This document shows positions 21,630 to 30,162 of a DNA stretch of 64,000 nt, one piece after another (position 1 is the first letter of the stretch; each line of letters begins with the position of its first letter). Below the pieces are notes generated by a model. The model was given only the letters and a program-made list of their open reading frames with translations, searched no databases and had not been told where the DNA came from. A program made the position numbers and the translations under genes. This DNA comes from an uncultured Candidatus Saccharibacteria bacterium (GTDB lineage Bacteria; Patescibacteriota; Minisyncoccia; UBA6257; 2-01-FULL-56-20): positions 2,452 through 66,451 of the forward strand of contig CAYOEP010000002.1 in NCBI GenBank assembly GCA_964403045.1, given 5' to 3'.

Positions 21630-22178
21630 ATGTGGAGGAAGATTCTTATCGTTGTGGTCATCGTGATGGTGCTCGGGGGACTTATTGGCGTGAACATTGC
21701 GGTACTCCTCGCGCCGCGCCCATTTGCGCGACTGCCTGCGCCTTCACATGAAGATGCTCCTTCTCCCGCCGAGAATCCAAAGAGCCAAACAGCGCCGGAG
21801 GCACCGCTTCTTGCCCAAGGAGAATCCGGCAAGGAAGGAGCAGTAAGCGCGGCACAGGCTGAGGAAATTGCCGAGGCGTGGGTGCGCGCATCTGCGCCCA
21901 CATATGTATTCGACGGGTTTGGACTTGTACGCAAGAGCGTGCAGCGTGGCACACCCCAGTGCGCCGATTGCTATCGTGTGGTTTTCTCATTCCAGTCAGG
22001 ACATAGCGGGTATGGCGACAGGAAGGATGCGGTGCCCGCGCAGGTGCTGACCCCCCATGAGATTGAGGTAGTTGTGCGCGGCAATAATGTTATTGCTGCC
22101 GTGACAGATGGAAAGTACGACGAACTCCATGGGGAACTCCTTTATGAGGAATCCCCAAGCCGAAGGGACGAAAAATAG
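21630..22178 (+). CDS. Hypothetical signal-anchored protein
   Basis: N-terminal TM (ILIVVVIVMVLGGLIGVNIAVLL). A P/A/E-rich linker is followed by a globular domain. Confidence 0.45.
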   Translation: MWRKILIVVVIVMVLGGLIGVNIAVLLAPRPFARLPAPSHEDAPSPAENPKSQTAPEAPLLAQGESGKEGAVSAAQAEEIAEAWVRASAPTYVFDGFGLVRKSVQRGTPQCADCYRVVFSFQSGHSGYGDRKDAVPAQVLTPHEIEVVVRGNNVIAAVTDGKYDELHGELLYEESPSRRDEK

Positions 22179-22227
22179 TGCAGTGTGCTAGACTAGAATA
22201 GAGAGACAGGCGTAGACAGTCATTGTT

Positions 22228-24318
22228 ATGGAGTCACAAATCAGAAATAAATCTATAAAGACTTCAACAGGGACTGTGGTTCTTATTTTTATTGCGCTCG
22301 CGGTAGGGTACGGGATGCATGCATACGTTGCCTCCCTCAGCCCCGCTCCTGCGGAGCAGGGGACACAGGACACCACTGGAACTGGAGCATCGCCGCACGG
22401 TTCTAAGAAAGAAAACAACACCACACGTCAAAAGACAAGCGAGGCAGGGATGCGCCGCTTTTCCTCGGATGAGGAGTTTTCCCAGTATTTTGTGAACGGC
22501 AAGATGGGGTTTTTGTATGGAGTGGGACTCAAGGGGTTCCACGGCGGTGCGGAGATAAGATCGCCTATTATGAGTATTTCCAGCGGTATTCCTGAAGCTC
22601 CTACTGCCTCTTTGAGAGAAGAAACTCCTACCAGAGTTTCGCAGACTAACGTGCAGGTGCCGGGCATCGACGAGCCGGATGTAGTAAAGACGAATGGTCG
22701 GGAAATTTTCTATGCTGCAAGAAGTTTCTCCTATTGGCCCATCGAGACGGATATGCGACTTCCCTCAAAAGAGGTAATCGAACCTGCGGTGCATATCGTG
22801 AAAGCATTTCCGCCGCAGCAGCTTGCGGAAGAGGGAAGAATACAGAAGAGGGCTGACGCTCTCCTCGTTGCCGGGAATATTTTGGTAGCGTTTGATCATG
22901 AGGGGGTGCGCGGCTATGACATATCCCAGCCATCGTCCCCAGAGGAAAAATGGCATTTCTCCTACTCTACCAAGAGGTACAGCCGCAAGCAGGCAGCACG
23001 GCTGAAAGACGGAGTGCTCTACTTGGTCGTAGCTGAAGATTTGCGGAGTGGATATCCCCACCCCTGTCCCCTGATGCCGCTTTCGGTTGGTGAAAGACCG
23101 TTGGTTATTCCCTGCACAGATGTGTACCGCCCTGCTTTTCAGGTCGACGTGGACGCCGTTTACCATTTCTTTGCGATTGACGCGGCGACGGGGAAAGTAA
23201 TTCGCACCACATCACTTGTTGCCTCTGATCGCTGGAATTCTGTGGTGTATGTGGCGCCTTCTGCAATTTACTTTACTTACCGTGTGCCTGCCAAGGTGGT
23301 CAACGTGGTGGAGGGAATGCTGGAAGAAATGGGCGATGCAGTTCCCCCGGAAGTCCTCGCGCGCGTCCGCCGCCTCGAGAGCTATGATTTGAGTACTGCG
23401 GCGAAGCAGGTTGAGCTCGGCACCATCTTGGGGAATTGGATGGCAAGCTTGGATGAGGACGAGCAAACAAAGCTGGAAAGCGACATGGTGAATGCGGCGC
23501 GGCGGTATGCGGAGACCCACATTGAGCAATTCGGCGCTACCCATATTGTGAAAATTCGCCTCAGCGATTTTGAGATTGCGGCGGAAGGGGAAGTGCCGGG
23601 AAATTTGCTCAATCAGTTTTCTCTCGACGAGTACGAGGGCAATCTCCGTGTGGCGACTACTATAGGGGGATCTCGGTCGCAGCTGTTGCCTCCTGAGGCA
23701 TTGACTTCCGAAAGCCGCGTGTATGTGCTGGATGGTTCATTGCGAAAAATTGGAGAAGTCGGCGATCTCGGCATCTCAGAACGCATCTACGCGGTGCGGT
23801 TCGTGGGGCCGCGCGGCTATGTGGTGACATTCCGCCGCATCGATCCCTTCTATGTAATTGATCTTTCTTCTCCCCGCGCCCCGAAGCTCGCGGGCGAGCT
23901 TAAGATTCCCGGCTTTTCCTCCTACCTCCACCCGATTTCTCGCACGAGGGTCCTGGGTATAGGGAAGGAGGGGGCGCGTGTGAAAGTTTCCCTCTTTGAT
24001 GTTGCAAACCCTACCGCACCTCGCGAGCTTTCTACGTATGTCCTTGACGCATATTGGTCAGATATCCAGCGCACCCATCATGCTTTCCTCTTGGATGACC
24101 AACAGAAAGTATTTTTCCTCCCGGCAGGTGGGAATGGATTTCTATTCAGCTACCAGGGGGACACTCTCCAACTTGCCCGCGCCGTTTCGCGGATTGCGGC
24201 AGAGCGGGCGCTCTATCTCAACTCGTTCTTCTACATTGTAGGAGAGAGGAAACTCGTCGTGCTCGAGAAGCAGCAGGGAGGCAAATGGAAAGAAATTGCT
24301 TCCCTGTCTTGGCAATAG
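22228..24318 (+). CDS. Secreted beta-propeller domain protein (Beta_propel, PF09826-like)
   Basis: An N-terminal signal anchor is present. The C-terminal stretch YAVRFVGPRGYVVTFRRIDPFYVIDLSSPRAPKLAGELKIPGFSSYLHP matches the family signature as I recall it. Confidence 0.55.
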   Translation: MESQIRNKSIKTSTGTVVLIFIALAVGYGMHAYVASLSPAPAEQGTQDTTGTGASPHGSKKENNTTRQKTSEAGMRRFSSDEEFSQYFVNGKMGFLYGVGLKGFHGGAEIRSPIMSISSGIPEAPTASLREETPTRVSQTNVQVPGIDEPDVVKTNGREIFYAARSFSYWPIETDMRLPSKEVIEPAVHIVKAFPPQQLAEEGRIQKRADALLVAGNILVAFDHEGVRGYDISQPSSPEEKWHFSYSTKRYSRKQAARLKDGVLYLVVAEDLRSGYPHPCPLMPLSVGERPLVIPCTDVYRPAFQVDVDAVYHFFAIDAATGKVIRTTSLVASDRWNSVVYVAPSAIYFTYRVPAKVVNVVEGMLEEMGDAVPPEVLARVRRLESYDLSTAAKQVELGTILGNWMASLDEDEQTKLESDMVNAARRYAETHIEQFGATHIVKIRLSDFEIAAEGEVPGNLLNQFSLDEYEGNLRVATTIGGSRSQLLPPEALTSESRVYVLDGSLRKIGEVGDLGISERIYAVRFVGPRGYVVTFRRIDPFYVIDLSSPRAPKLAGELKIPGFSSYLHPISRTRVLGIGKEGARVKVSLFDVANPTAPRELSTYVLDAYWSDIQRTHHAFLLDDQQKVFFLPAGGNGFLFSYQGDTLQLARAVSRIAAERALYLNSFFYIVGERKLVVLEKQQGGKWKEIASLSWQ

Positions 24319-24409
24319 TGGTGCAGCGTTGTAATGTGGTACAATAATTAGAGGATTGCATTATATTGCTCAAGGTCGTATATGCAAGCATAATGCAGCA
24401 CATTACCTT

Positions 24410-24943
24410 ATGAGAACAGCAAGAGAGCATGAAGAGTTTGCGCATCAGCTGATTCCCGTTGCTGCTTTTCTCTTGTCAGCAGTGAGCTTGTACGCGGTGG
24501 GAATCTTTGGCGTTTCTTCTCCCGACGCAACGCGGTCCCTTCCTTTCCCGACGATTACAACAACAAAATTGCTGGGGAATGTTCTTGCTACAGAAGACAC
24601 TATTGTGCCAACCTACGCAGTGCTGGATTCTGTGGGGGCGTCTGATGAGTTTGGTGTAGCAGAGTTCTTCTCTACAGATGGCACGGAAGAAAAGCAGGTC
24701 GAGGTGTCAATTGATTTCACGGCTGACTCTAGCGCGGCAGGGAGACGCTCGGTATATCTCTATGAAGGATCGTGCGGTGACTTGGGGATGCCAGTGCGGC
24801 AGTTGAACGACATTGTGGACGGGAAATCGTTCAGTGTTATCCCCGCGTCGCTTACTCAGCTCCGCGAGGGAAGTTACGCTATTACCGTGTGGCGTTCTCT
24901 GTCGAACCCACAGATGGTTGCCTGCGGCAATATTGAGCTTTAA
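24410..24943 (+). CDS. Hypothetical signal-anchored secreted protein
   Basis: N-terminal TM. No family was recognised. A possible TTGCTC-N17-CATAAT promoter lies at 24366-24394. Confidence 0.4.
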   Translation: MRTAREHEEFAHQLIPVAAFLLSAVSLYAVGIFGVSSPDATRSLPFPTITTTKLLGNVLATEDTIVPTYAVLDSVGASDEFGVAEFFSTDGTEEKQVEVSIDFTADSSAAGRRSVYLYEGSCGDLGMPVRQLNDIVDGKSFSVIPASLTQLREGSYAITVWRSLSNPQMVACGNIEL

Positions 24944-24991
24944 AGTTTTCTCCGATAATTAACTTTTTCAGGAACCCGCAAGGAAGACTTT

Positions 24992-26152
24992 ATGACGGGA
25001 ATAGTGTTTTCTGTGCAAAAGCGTTCTCGAAAAAGCAGGGCGCGCCTTGGGGTTTTAGAAACACCTCATGGTACTGTTATTACTCCTTCTCTAGTGCCAG
25101 TCGCAACTCGTGGTGTAGTGAAAACGCTTACGAGCAGTGAGGCGGCAGCTGCCGGCGCGCAAATACTCATTGCGAATGCCTTCCATCTCCACCTTAGGCC
25201 TGGCGAGGACGTGGTGCGTCGTGCGGGCGGACTGCATCAATTTATGGGTTGGGATCGTCCTCTTATGACGGATTCTGGAGGGTTTCAGGTATTTAGCTTG
25301 GGATGGGGCTTTGATACCGAAGGAGGGAAATTTTTTAAAAGTTCACAGAAGGGCAACCATACTGCGATTGAGCCTGGCGCACAGCCGCGGTTTGTGCGCA
25401 TTGAAGAGAACGGCGTATTTTTCCGCTCTCCAATAGATGGGAAGGAACTTTTCTTGGGTCCTCGCGAGTCAATTGGCATTCAGGAGCAGCTCGGGGCGGA
25501 TATTATGTTTGCTTTCGATGAATGCACTTCTCCGCGCGCATCTTATGCATATGCGAAGCGAGCAATGGAGCAAAACCACCGATGGGCTGTACAGTCTCTT
25601 GATGCGCGGAAGGGAAAAAGTGCACTTTTCGGTATTGTACATGGGTCACGGTTTCGCCGTCTCCGAACCGCGAGCGCGCGATTTCTCAATGGACTGGAAT
25701 TTGACGGATTTGGAATTGGCGGTGACCTTGGCGATTTGCGTGGCGGTAAGCGCACAATGTTGCAGATTCTTGACTGGACAATCCCGCTCCTCGATGAACG
25801 CAAACCGCGCCATCTGCTCGGCGTGGGTTATCTCGAAGATATTGAGGAGATTGTAAAGCGCGGTATTGACACATTTGATTGCACAGTCCCGACGCTCTAT
25901 GCCCGACGCGGTATTGCGTTCACCTCTTCGGGAAAGCTAGACCTTCGGCGTAGCAAATATCTTCGTGCTACAAAGCCGCTGGATTCTTCCTGTAAATGTC
26001 TGACCTGCACTACCACGACGAGGATGTATCTTGCGCACCTCTTTCGCGCAGGTGAAATAACTGGGATGCGCCTTCTTACTATTCACAACCTCACCTTTTT
26101 CCATGCAGTAGTGGCAAGGGTACGGAGGAAAATTGCACGTGGGCTTTTATAG
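24992..26152 (+). CDS. tgt: Queuine tRNA-ribosyltransferase
   Basis: GGFQVFSL, the catalytic Asp region and the zinc site CKCLTCTT...H are present. The SD is AAGGAAG. Confidence 0.9.
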   Translation: MTGIVFSVQKRSRKSRARLGVLETPHGTVITPSLVPVATRGVVKTLTSSEAAAAGAQILIANAFHLHLRPGEDVVRRAGGLHQFMGWDRPLMTDSGGFQVFSLGWGFDTEGGKFFKSSQKGNHTAIEPGAQPRFVRIEENGVFFRSPIDGKELFLGPRESIGIQEQLGADIMFAFDECTSPRASYAYAKRAMEQNHRWAVQSLDARKGKSALFGIVHGSRFRRLRTASARFLNGLEFDGFGIGGDLGDLRGGKRTMLQILDWTIPLLDERKPRHLLGVGYLEDIEEIVKRGIDTFDCTVPTLYARRGIAFTSSGKLDLRRSKYLRATKPLDSSCKCLTCTTTTRMYLAHLFRAGEITGMRLLTIHNLTFFHAVVARVRRKIARGLL

Positions 26153-27115
26153 ATGCGCGGGCTAGTGCTCCAGACGACTTTGGAAGTGATTCGCAGATCG
26201 CGGCATGTGGTATTACAGAGAGACCGCATTGCCGATTTTGCGCAGCGATTTCCCAGTTCCCGCACGGTTCCTCTTTGGCCACGTGAACTGCACTACTGGA
26301 GTTCAGACAATTTTAAAGTGCTGACCTATCTTTTTTTACTGGACAGCCTCAATTTTTGCTTTTGGCCGCCCAAGGGAAAGAAAAAGTGGAGAGTGTGGAT
26401 AGAAGATGAATGGCGCAGCGGTTACTATGGACTCGCCGCTGCGCTCGCGCGGTTTTTTTATCGGTTTCCAGAACGGGCCACGTGGTCGTTTTTTGCGTCA
26501 ATATCTTGGCGGCAGTTTTCTTCGCTCTTGCAGGGCGAGGGAACGCTCCAGCTTCGTACAGCGCGTTGGCGCATTCTCCGGGAGGTAGGGAAGGTTTTGG
26601 TGCGTAATTATGGCGGCGACCCTCGACGTTTTGTGGAGAGCGCGGGAGGAGATGCTAGGCGACTCACTTTTCTTATTGCACGAAAATTGCCGTCATTTTT
26701 TGATGTGGCAGAGTATCATGGTAAACGGGTATATTTCCTCAAACGCGCGCAGATTTTGGTTGGTGATATTGCGGGCGCTTTCCGCAATAGGGGAATCGGG
26801 AATCTTCACAACCTTTCTGCCCTTACTGCGTTCCCTGACTATCGCCTGCCGCAGCTCTTTGCCTCGCTTGGATTTATTCGGTACTGCGAGGATTTAGAGA
26901 AAAAAATCCGTGCGGGGCGTCTTTTGACACCCGGCGGCGAGGAAGAAGTAGAAATTCGTGCGGCGACGGTGTGGGCAGTGGAGTATTTGCGCCAAGAGCT
27001 CGCGAAGCGGGGAAAACGCTATCTTTCTTACCAGCTTGATTGGATGTTGTGGGAAGATGCAGTGCGGGCTCGCACTGCCTTGCCCCATCACCGCGTCCGC
27101 ACTATCTTTTACTAA
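26153..27115 (+). CDS. DUF2419 / Qng1-like queuosine salvage protein (queuosine 5'-phosphate N-glycosylase/hydrolase family)
   Basis: Motifs LLDSLNFCFWP, KRAQILVGD, FPDYRLPQ and EVEIRAATVWAVEYLRQ match what I recall of DUF2419/C9orf64. It starts 1 nt after the tgt stop. Confidence 0.6.
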   Translation: MRGLVLQTTLEVIRRSRHVVLQRDRIADFAQRFPSSRTVPLWPRELHYWSSDNFKVLTYLFLLDSLNFCFWPPKGKKKWRVWIEDEWRSGYYGLAAALARFFYRFPERATWSFFASISWRQFSSLLQGEGTLQLRTARWRILREVGKVLVRNYGGDPRRFVESAGGDARRLTFLIARKLPSFFDVAEYHGKRVYFLKRAQILVGDIAGAFRNRGIGNLHNLSALTAFPDYRLPQLFASLGFIRYCEDLEKKIRAGRLLTPGGEEEVEIRAATVWAVEYLRQELAKRGKRYLSYQLDWMLWEDAVRARTALPHHRVRTIFY

Positions 27116-28009
27116 GTGGGAAATAATAATAAGCCAATTCTTCCAAAAGAAGGAATTGTCGCGGTTTGGAAGCCGCGCGGCATCTCTTCGCACGCGGTGG
27201 TGGATGTAGTACGTCGCGCTACAGGGGAGCGCAAAGTAGGGCATGCGGGCACGCTTGATCCGCTTGCAGAGGGCGTGCTGGTAGTGGGAGTGGGGCGAAG
27301 GGCAACACGGCGTTTGGCGGAAATGGTCCAGAAAGAAAAAGAGTACGTAGCGACTGTTCACCTTGGCATGGTGAGCGCGACTGACGACGCAGAAGGACCT
27401 CTCCGGCACTATACTGCTCCCTCTCATCCTCCTTCGCAGGAGGAACTCCAGCGTGCACTCAAGAAGTTTTGTGGGGTGATTACACAGGTGCCCCCGCGAT
27501 GGAGTGCGGTAAAAGTTCGCGGGAAGGAGGCTTACAAGCGGGCTCGCGCGGGGGAACAGTTTACACTTTCTCCGCGCAAGGTACATATTCGAGAGATTGC
27601 GCTCCTCGATTATCGTTGGCCGCACGTCCTCTTTCGTGCAGTGACAGGCCCCGGCGTTTATATCCGCTCGCTTGCGCGCGATCTTGGTCGACAACTAGGC
27701 ACAGGGGGTTATTTGGAGCGACTGGTGCGCACGCGCGTGGGGCAATATACGGCGCGCGAGGCAATTCCATTTGCGGAACTGGACTTTTCTTCCAGTCAGC
27801 GTACAGGCTGTGGTAAGATTGAGAAGATGGAGCAGACAGGATACTTCCGCTGTCCCGAGTGCGGGCTTTTCTATGCGGAGGAGCGGTATGCCAAGCAGTG
27901 CGAAGCATGGTGCCGCACGCATCGTAGTTGCAATCTTGCAATTACCCGGCATGCGATCTCTGCTCCTGAAGGCGGCGAGCACAGTGCACCAGAAGCTACA
28001 AAGGGCTAG
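27116..28009 (+). CDS. truB: tRNA pseudouridine(55) synthase TruB with a C-terminal Cys-rich (zinc-ribbon-like) extension in place of the PUA domain
   Basis: The catalytic Asp motif is present (GHAGTLDPLAEGVLVVGVG). The C-terminus reads FRCPECG...CEAWCRTHRSC. It starts with GTG immediately after the previous stop. Confidence 0.8.
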   Translation: MGNNNKPILPKEGIVAVWKPRGISSHAVVDVVRRATGERKVGHAGTLDPLAEGVLVVGVGRRATRRLAEMVQKEKEYVATVHLGMVSATDDAEGPLRHYTAPSHPPSQEELQRALKKFCGVITQVPPRWSAVKVRGKEAYKRARAGEQFTLSPRKVHIREIALLDYRWPHVLFRAVTGPGVYIRSLARDLGRQLGTGGYLERLVRTRVGQYTAREAIPFAELDFSSSQRTGCGKIEKMEQTGYFRCPECGLFYAEERYAKQCEAWCRTHRSCNLAITRHAISAPEGGEHSAPEATKG

Positions 28010-28057
28010 GCAGCTGCATTTTTTGTTCAGAGTGGCCGCAGTTTTCATGCGCTTTCT

Positions 28058-28969
28058 ATGAAGAAGTATCTTGGAGCTTTCCTTATTCTCATGGTGCTTG
28101 TTATGGTTGCGACATCACGGTTGTGGCGGGGATTTTTTTTCGCTGCCTCCAGCGAGGAGAGAACTTTACAGGTTATGCAGCCGATTGCTGAGAAGTTAAG
28201 CCAGTATGGAGAGCAGATCAAGGCGCGCATTTTCACCCCGCCTCCGCTGCGGCATGAAGCAAGCGTTCCCCGAGCTGCTTCTCTTAGCCGCGAAGGAATT
28301 ATTACGCTGACCAACACTTATCGCCGCAATGCAGGCCGCACTCCACTGCGAGAAGAGCCACTCCTTGACCGTGCTGCGGAGATGAAACTTGAAGATATGT
28401 TCCGCCGCCAGTACTTTGCGCACCGCAATCCTGACGGCAAGGGCCCTGCCGAAGTTATTGCCGCGGCGGGCTATGAGTATTTGATGGTTGGTGAAAATTT
28501 GGCATTGGGCTCCTTTCGGGATGATGCGGATTTGGTCGGGGCGTGGATGGCAAGCAAAGGGCATCGGGAAAATATTTTGAAAGAGGGATTCCAAGATATT
28601 GGAGTTGCATTGCGGAAAGGGATTTTTCAGGGGAATGAGGTATGGATTGCAGTACAGGAGTTTGGCACGCCGGCGAATGTATGTAGGGCTCCTTCCCGCC
28701 AACTGAAGGAGCTTGTGAGCAAGGAGGAAGCTCTCCTGAAGCAGCTTCAGGGCAAAGCAGATGCACTCAAGTACATTCTCGACACATCTCATCCTTCTGG
28801 GCAGGAAGAGATTGCGGCGTATAACGAGAATGTGCGCCGCTACAACAGTTTTGCGCGCGAAATCAATTCCCTCGTCGCGAAGTTGCGGCAGCACATTGCA
28901 GACTACAACGATCAGGTGGCACAGTATAATGATTGCCTCCGCCGCTATGAGGGAGAATTGGAAAATTAG
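28058..28969 (+). CDS. Secreted CAP (SCP/PR-1-like) domain protein with a C-terminal coiled-coil
   Basis: A signal peptide is present. It has the CAP motifs GENLALG and WMASKGHRENIL. Confidence 0.7.
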   Translation: MKKYLGAFLILMVLVMVATSRLWRGFFFAASSEERTLQVMQPIAEKLSQYGEQIKARIFTPPPLRHEASVPRAASLSREGIITLTNTYRRNAGRTPLREEPLLDRAAEMKLEDMFRRQYFAHRNPDGKGPAEVIAAAGYEYLMVGENLALGSFRDDADLVGAWMASKGHRENILKEGFQDIGVALRKGIFQGNEVWIAVQEFGTPANVCRAPSRQLKELVSKEEALLKQLQGKADALKYILDTSHPSGQEEIAAYNENVRRYNSFAREINSLVAKLRQHIADYNDQVAQYNDCLRRYEGELEN

Positions 28970-30008
28970 CAGAGGTATACGCCGCATCGCAAGGTGGCTT
29001 GTCGTGTGCACAGTTGCGGCGGCAGCGGGCTATGGATGGTACGTACTTGGCTGGGGGGTGCGCCCTCTTCCTATAGGCCCCGTGGTGCTTCCGCTGGGCA
29101 ATCATATTGCAGTCTATCGATGGAAGCGCGCCGCGCCGCTTCCGAAGGCGCGCGTTGCGGCAGGTGTCGGAGTAGTAGGAGATGCTATTTACCTTATTGG
29201 CGGCATTGATGCGTGGGGAAGAACGTTGTCCGATGTGGCAATTTACTATCCCAAGACGGACCGGTGGGAGCGCGGTCCTTCGCTTCCCTATCCTGTGCAT
29301 CACCCCGCCGTTGCCTCTGATGGCATTTCACTCTACGTGGTCGGCGGATTTCAAGGCTGGAGATTTACGCCGCTTCGGAGAGTATTGCGCCTTGCAAGGG
29401 AGGGAACTTCGTGGGAAGAACTCCCGCCGCTTCCCCGCGCGCGTGGAGGTGCGGCCGCAGTACTGGCGCACAGCACGTTATACCTTGTTGGGGGAGCTAC
29501 CCAGGAAGGCCCTGTGGGGGAACTGCTCGCATATTCGGTTCCGGAGAATAGGTGGCGGGTAGTGCGCGCTGACCTTTTCCCGCGCGCGTACCTTGCTGCC
29601 GCTGCGATTGGCGGCAAAATTTACATTGCGGGGGGAATAGGGAAGCAAGATATTTATGAAGGAGCTGCGCTGGAAATTTATGATATTGAGAGCGGGACGC
29701 TCTCACGGGGAATGTCGCTTCCCACTCCGCGCAAAAGCGCCGCGGGCGTTGCGTGGGACGGGCTATTTATTGTTGCTGGGGGCGAATCGGGCTGGCACGC
29801 AGTCCCTCAGGTAGAGGCGTATCTTCCTGCAAAAAACTCTTGGATTGCACTTCCTCGCCTTCCTACGGGGAGGCAGGGAATGGCGGTTGTAGCAATAGGA
29901 AATTTGCTCTATACCTTTGGCGGCGGCCTACATGCGGGATTTTCCGTCTCGTCCCGAAGTGAAGTTCTTCAGGAGCGCGCTGCCTACTACACAATTCACC
30001 CACGGTAG
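28929..30008 (+). CDS. Kelch-repeat beta-propeller protein, signal-anchored
   Basis: It has repeated Kelch blades (YLIGG...W, LYVVGG..., LYLVGG..., IYIAGG..., LFIVAGG..., LYTFGGG). The start was taken at ATG 28929/28947 in frame. It overlaps the CAP gene end. Confidence 0.7.
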   Translation: MIASAAMRENWKISRGIRRIARWLVVCTVAAAAGYGWYVLGWGVRPLPIGPVVLPLGNHIAVYRWKRAAPLPKARVAAGVGVVGDAIYLIGGIDAWGRTLSDVAIYYPKTDRWERGPSLPYPVHHPAVASDGISLYVVGGFQGWRFTPLRRVLRLAREGTSWEELPPLPRARGGAAAVLAHSTLYLVGGATQEGPVGELLAYSVPENRWRVVRADLFPRAYLAAAAIGGKIYIAGGIGKQDIYEGAALEIYDIESGTLSRGMSLPTPRKSAAGVAWDGLFIVAGGESGWHAVPQVEAYLPAKNSWIALPRLPTGRQGMAVVAIGNLLYTFGGGLHAGFSVSSRSEVLQERAAYYTIHPR

Positions 30009-30162
30009 GCTACAATTGCAATAAACTGCTGTAGTGCGCATGAAGGACTACTCTCGATCTCGAAAGACAGCAGGAAAAGTTGCCTACCGCACTCCTTCAC
30101 GCGTGCGGGTTCGGCAATCGTTCCAAAAAGTTGCCCCGAGGAAGAAAAGGCTAAAATAACAA

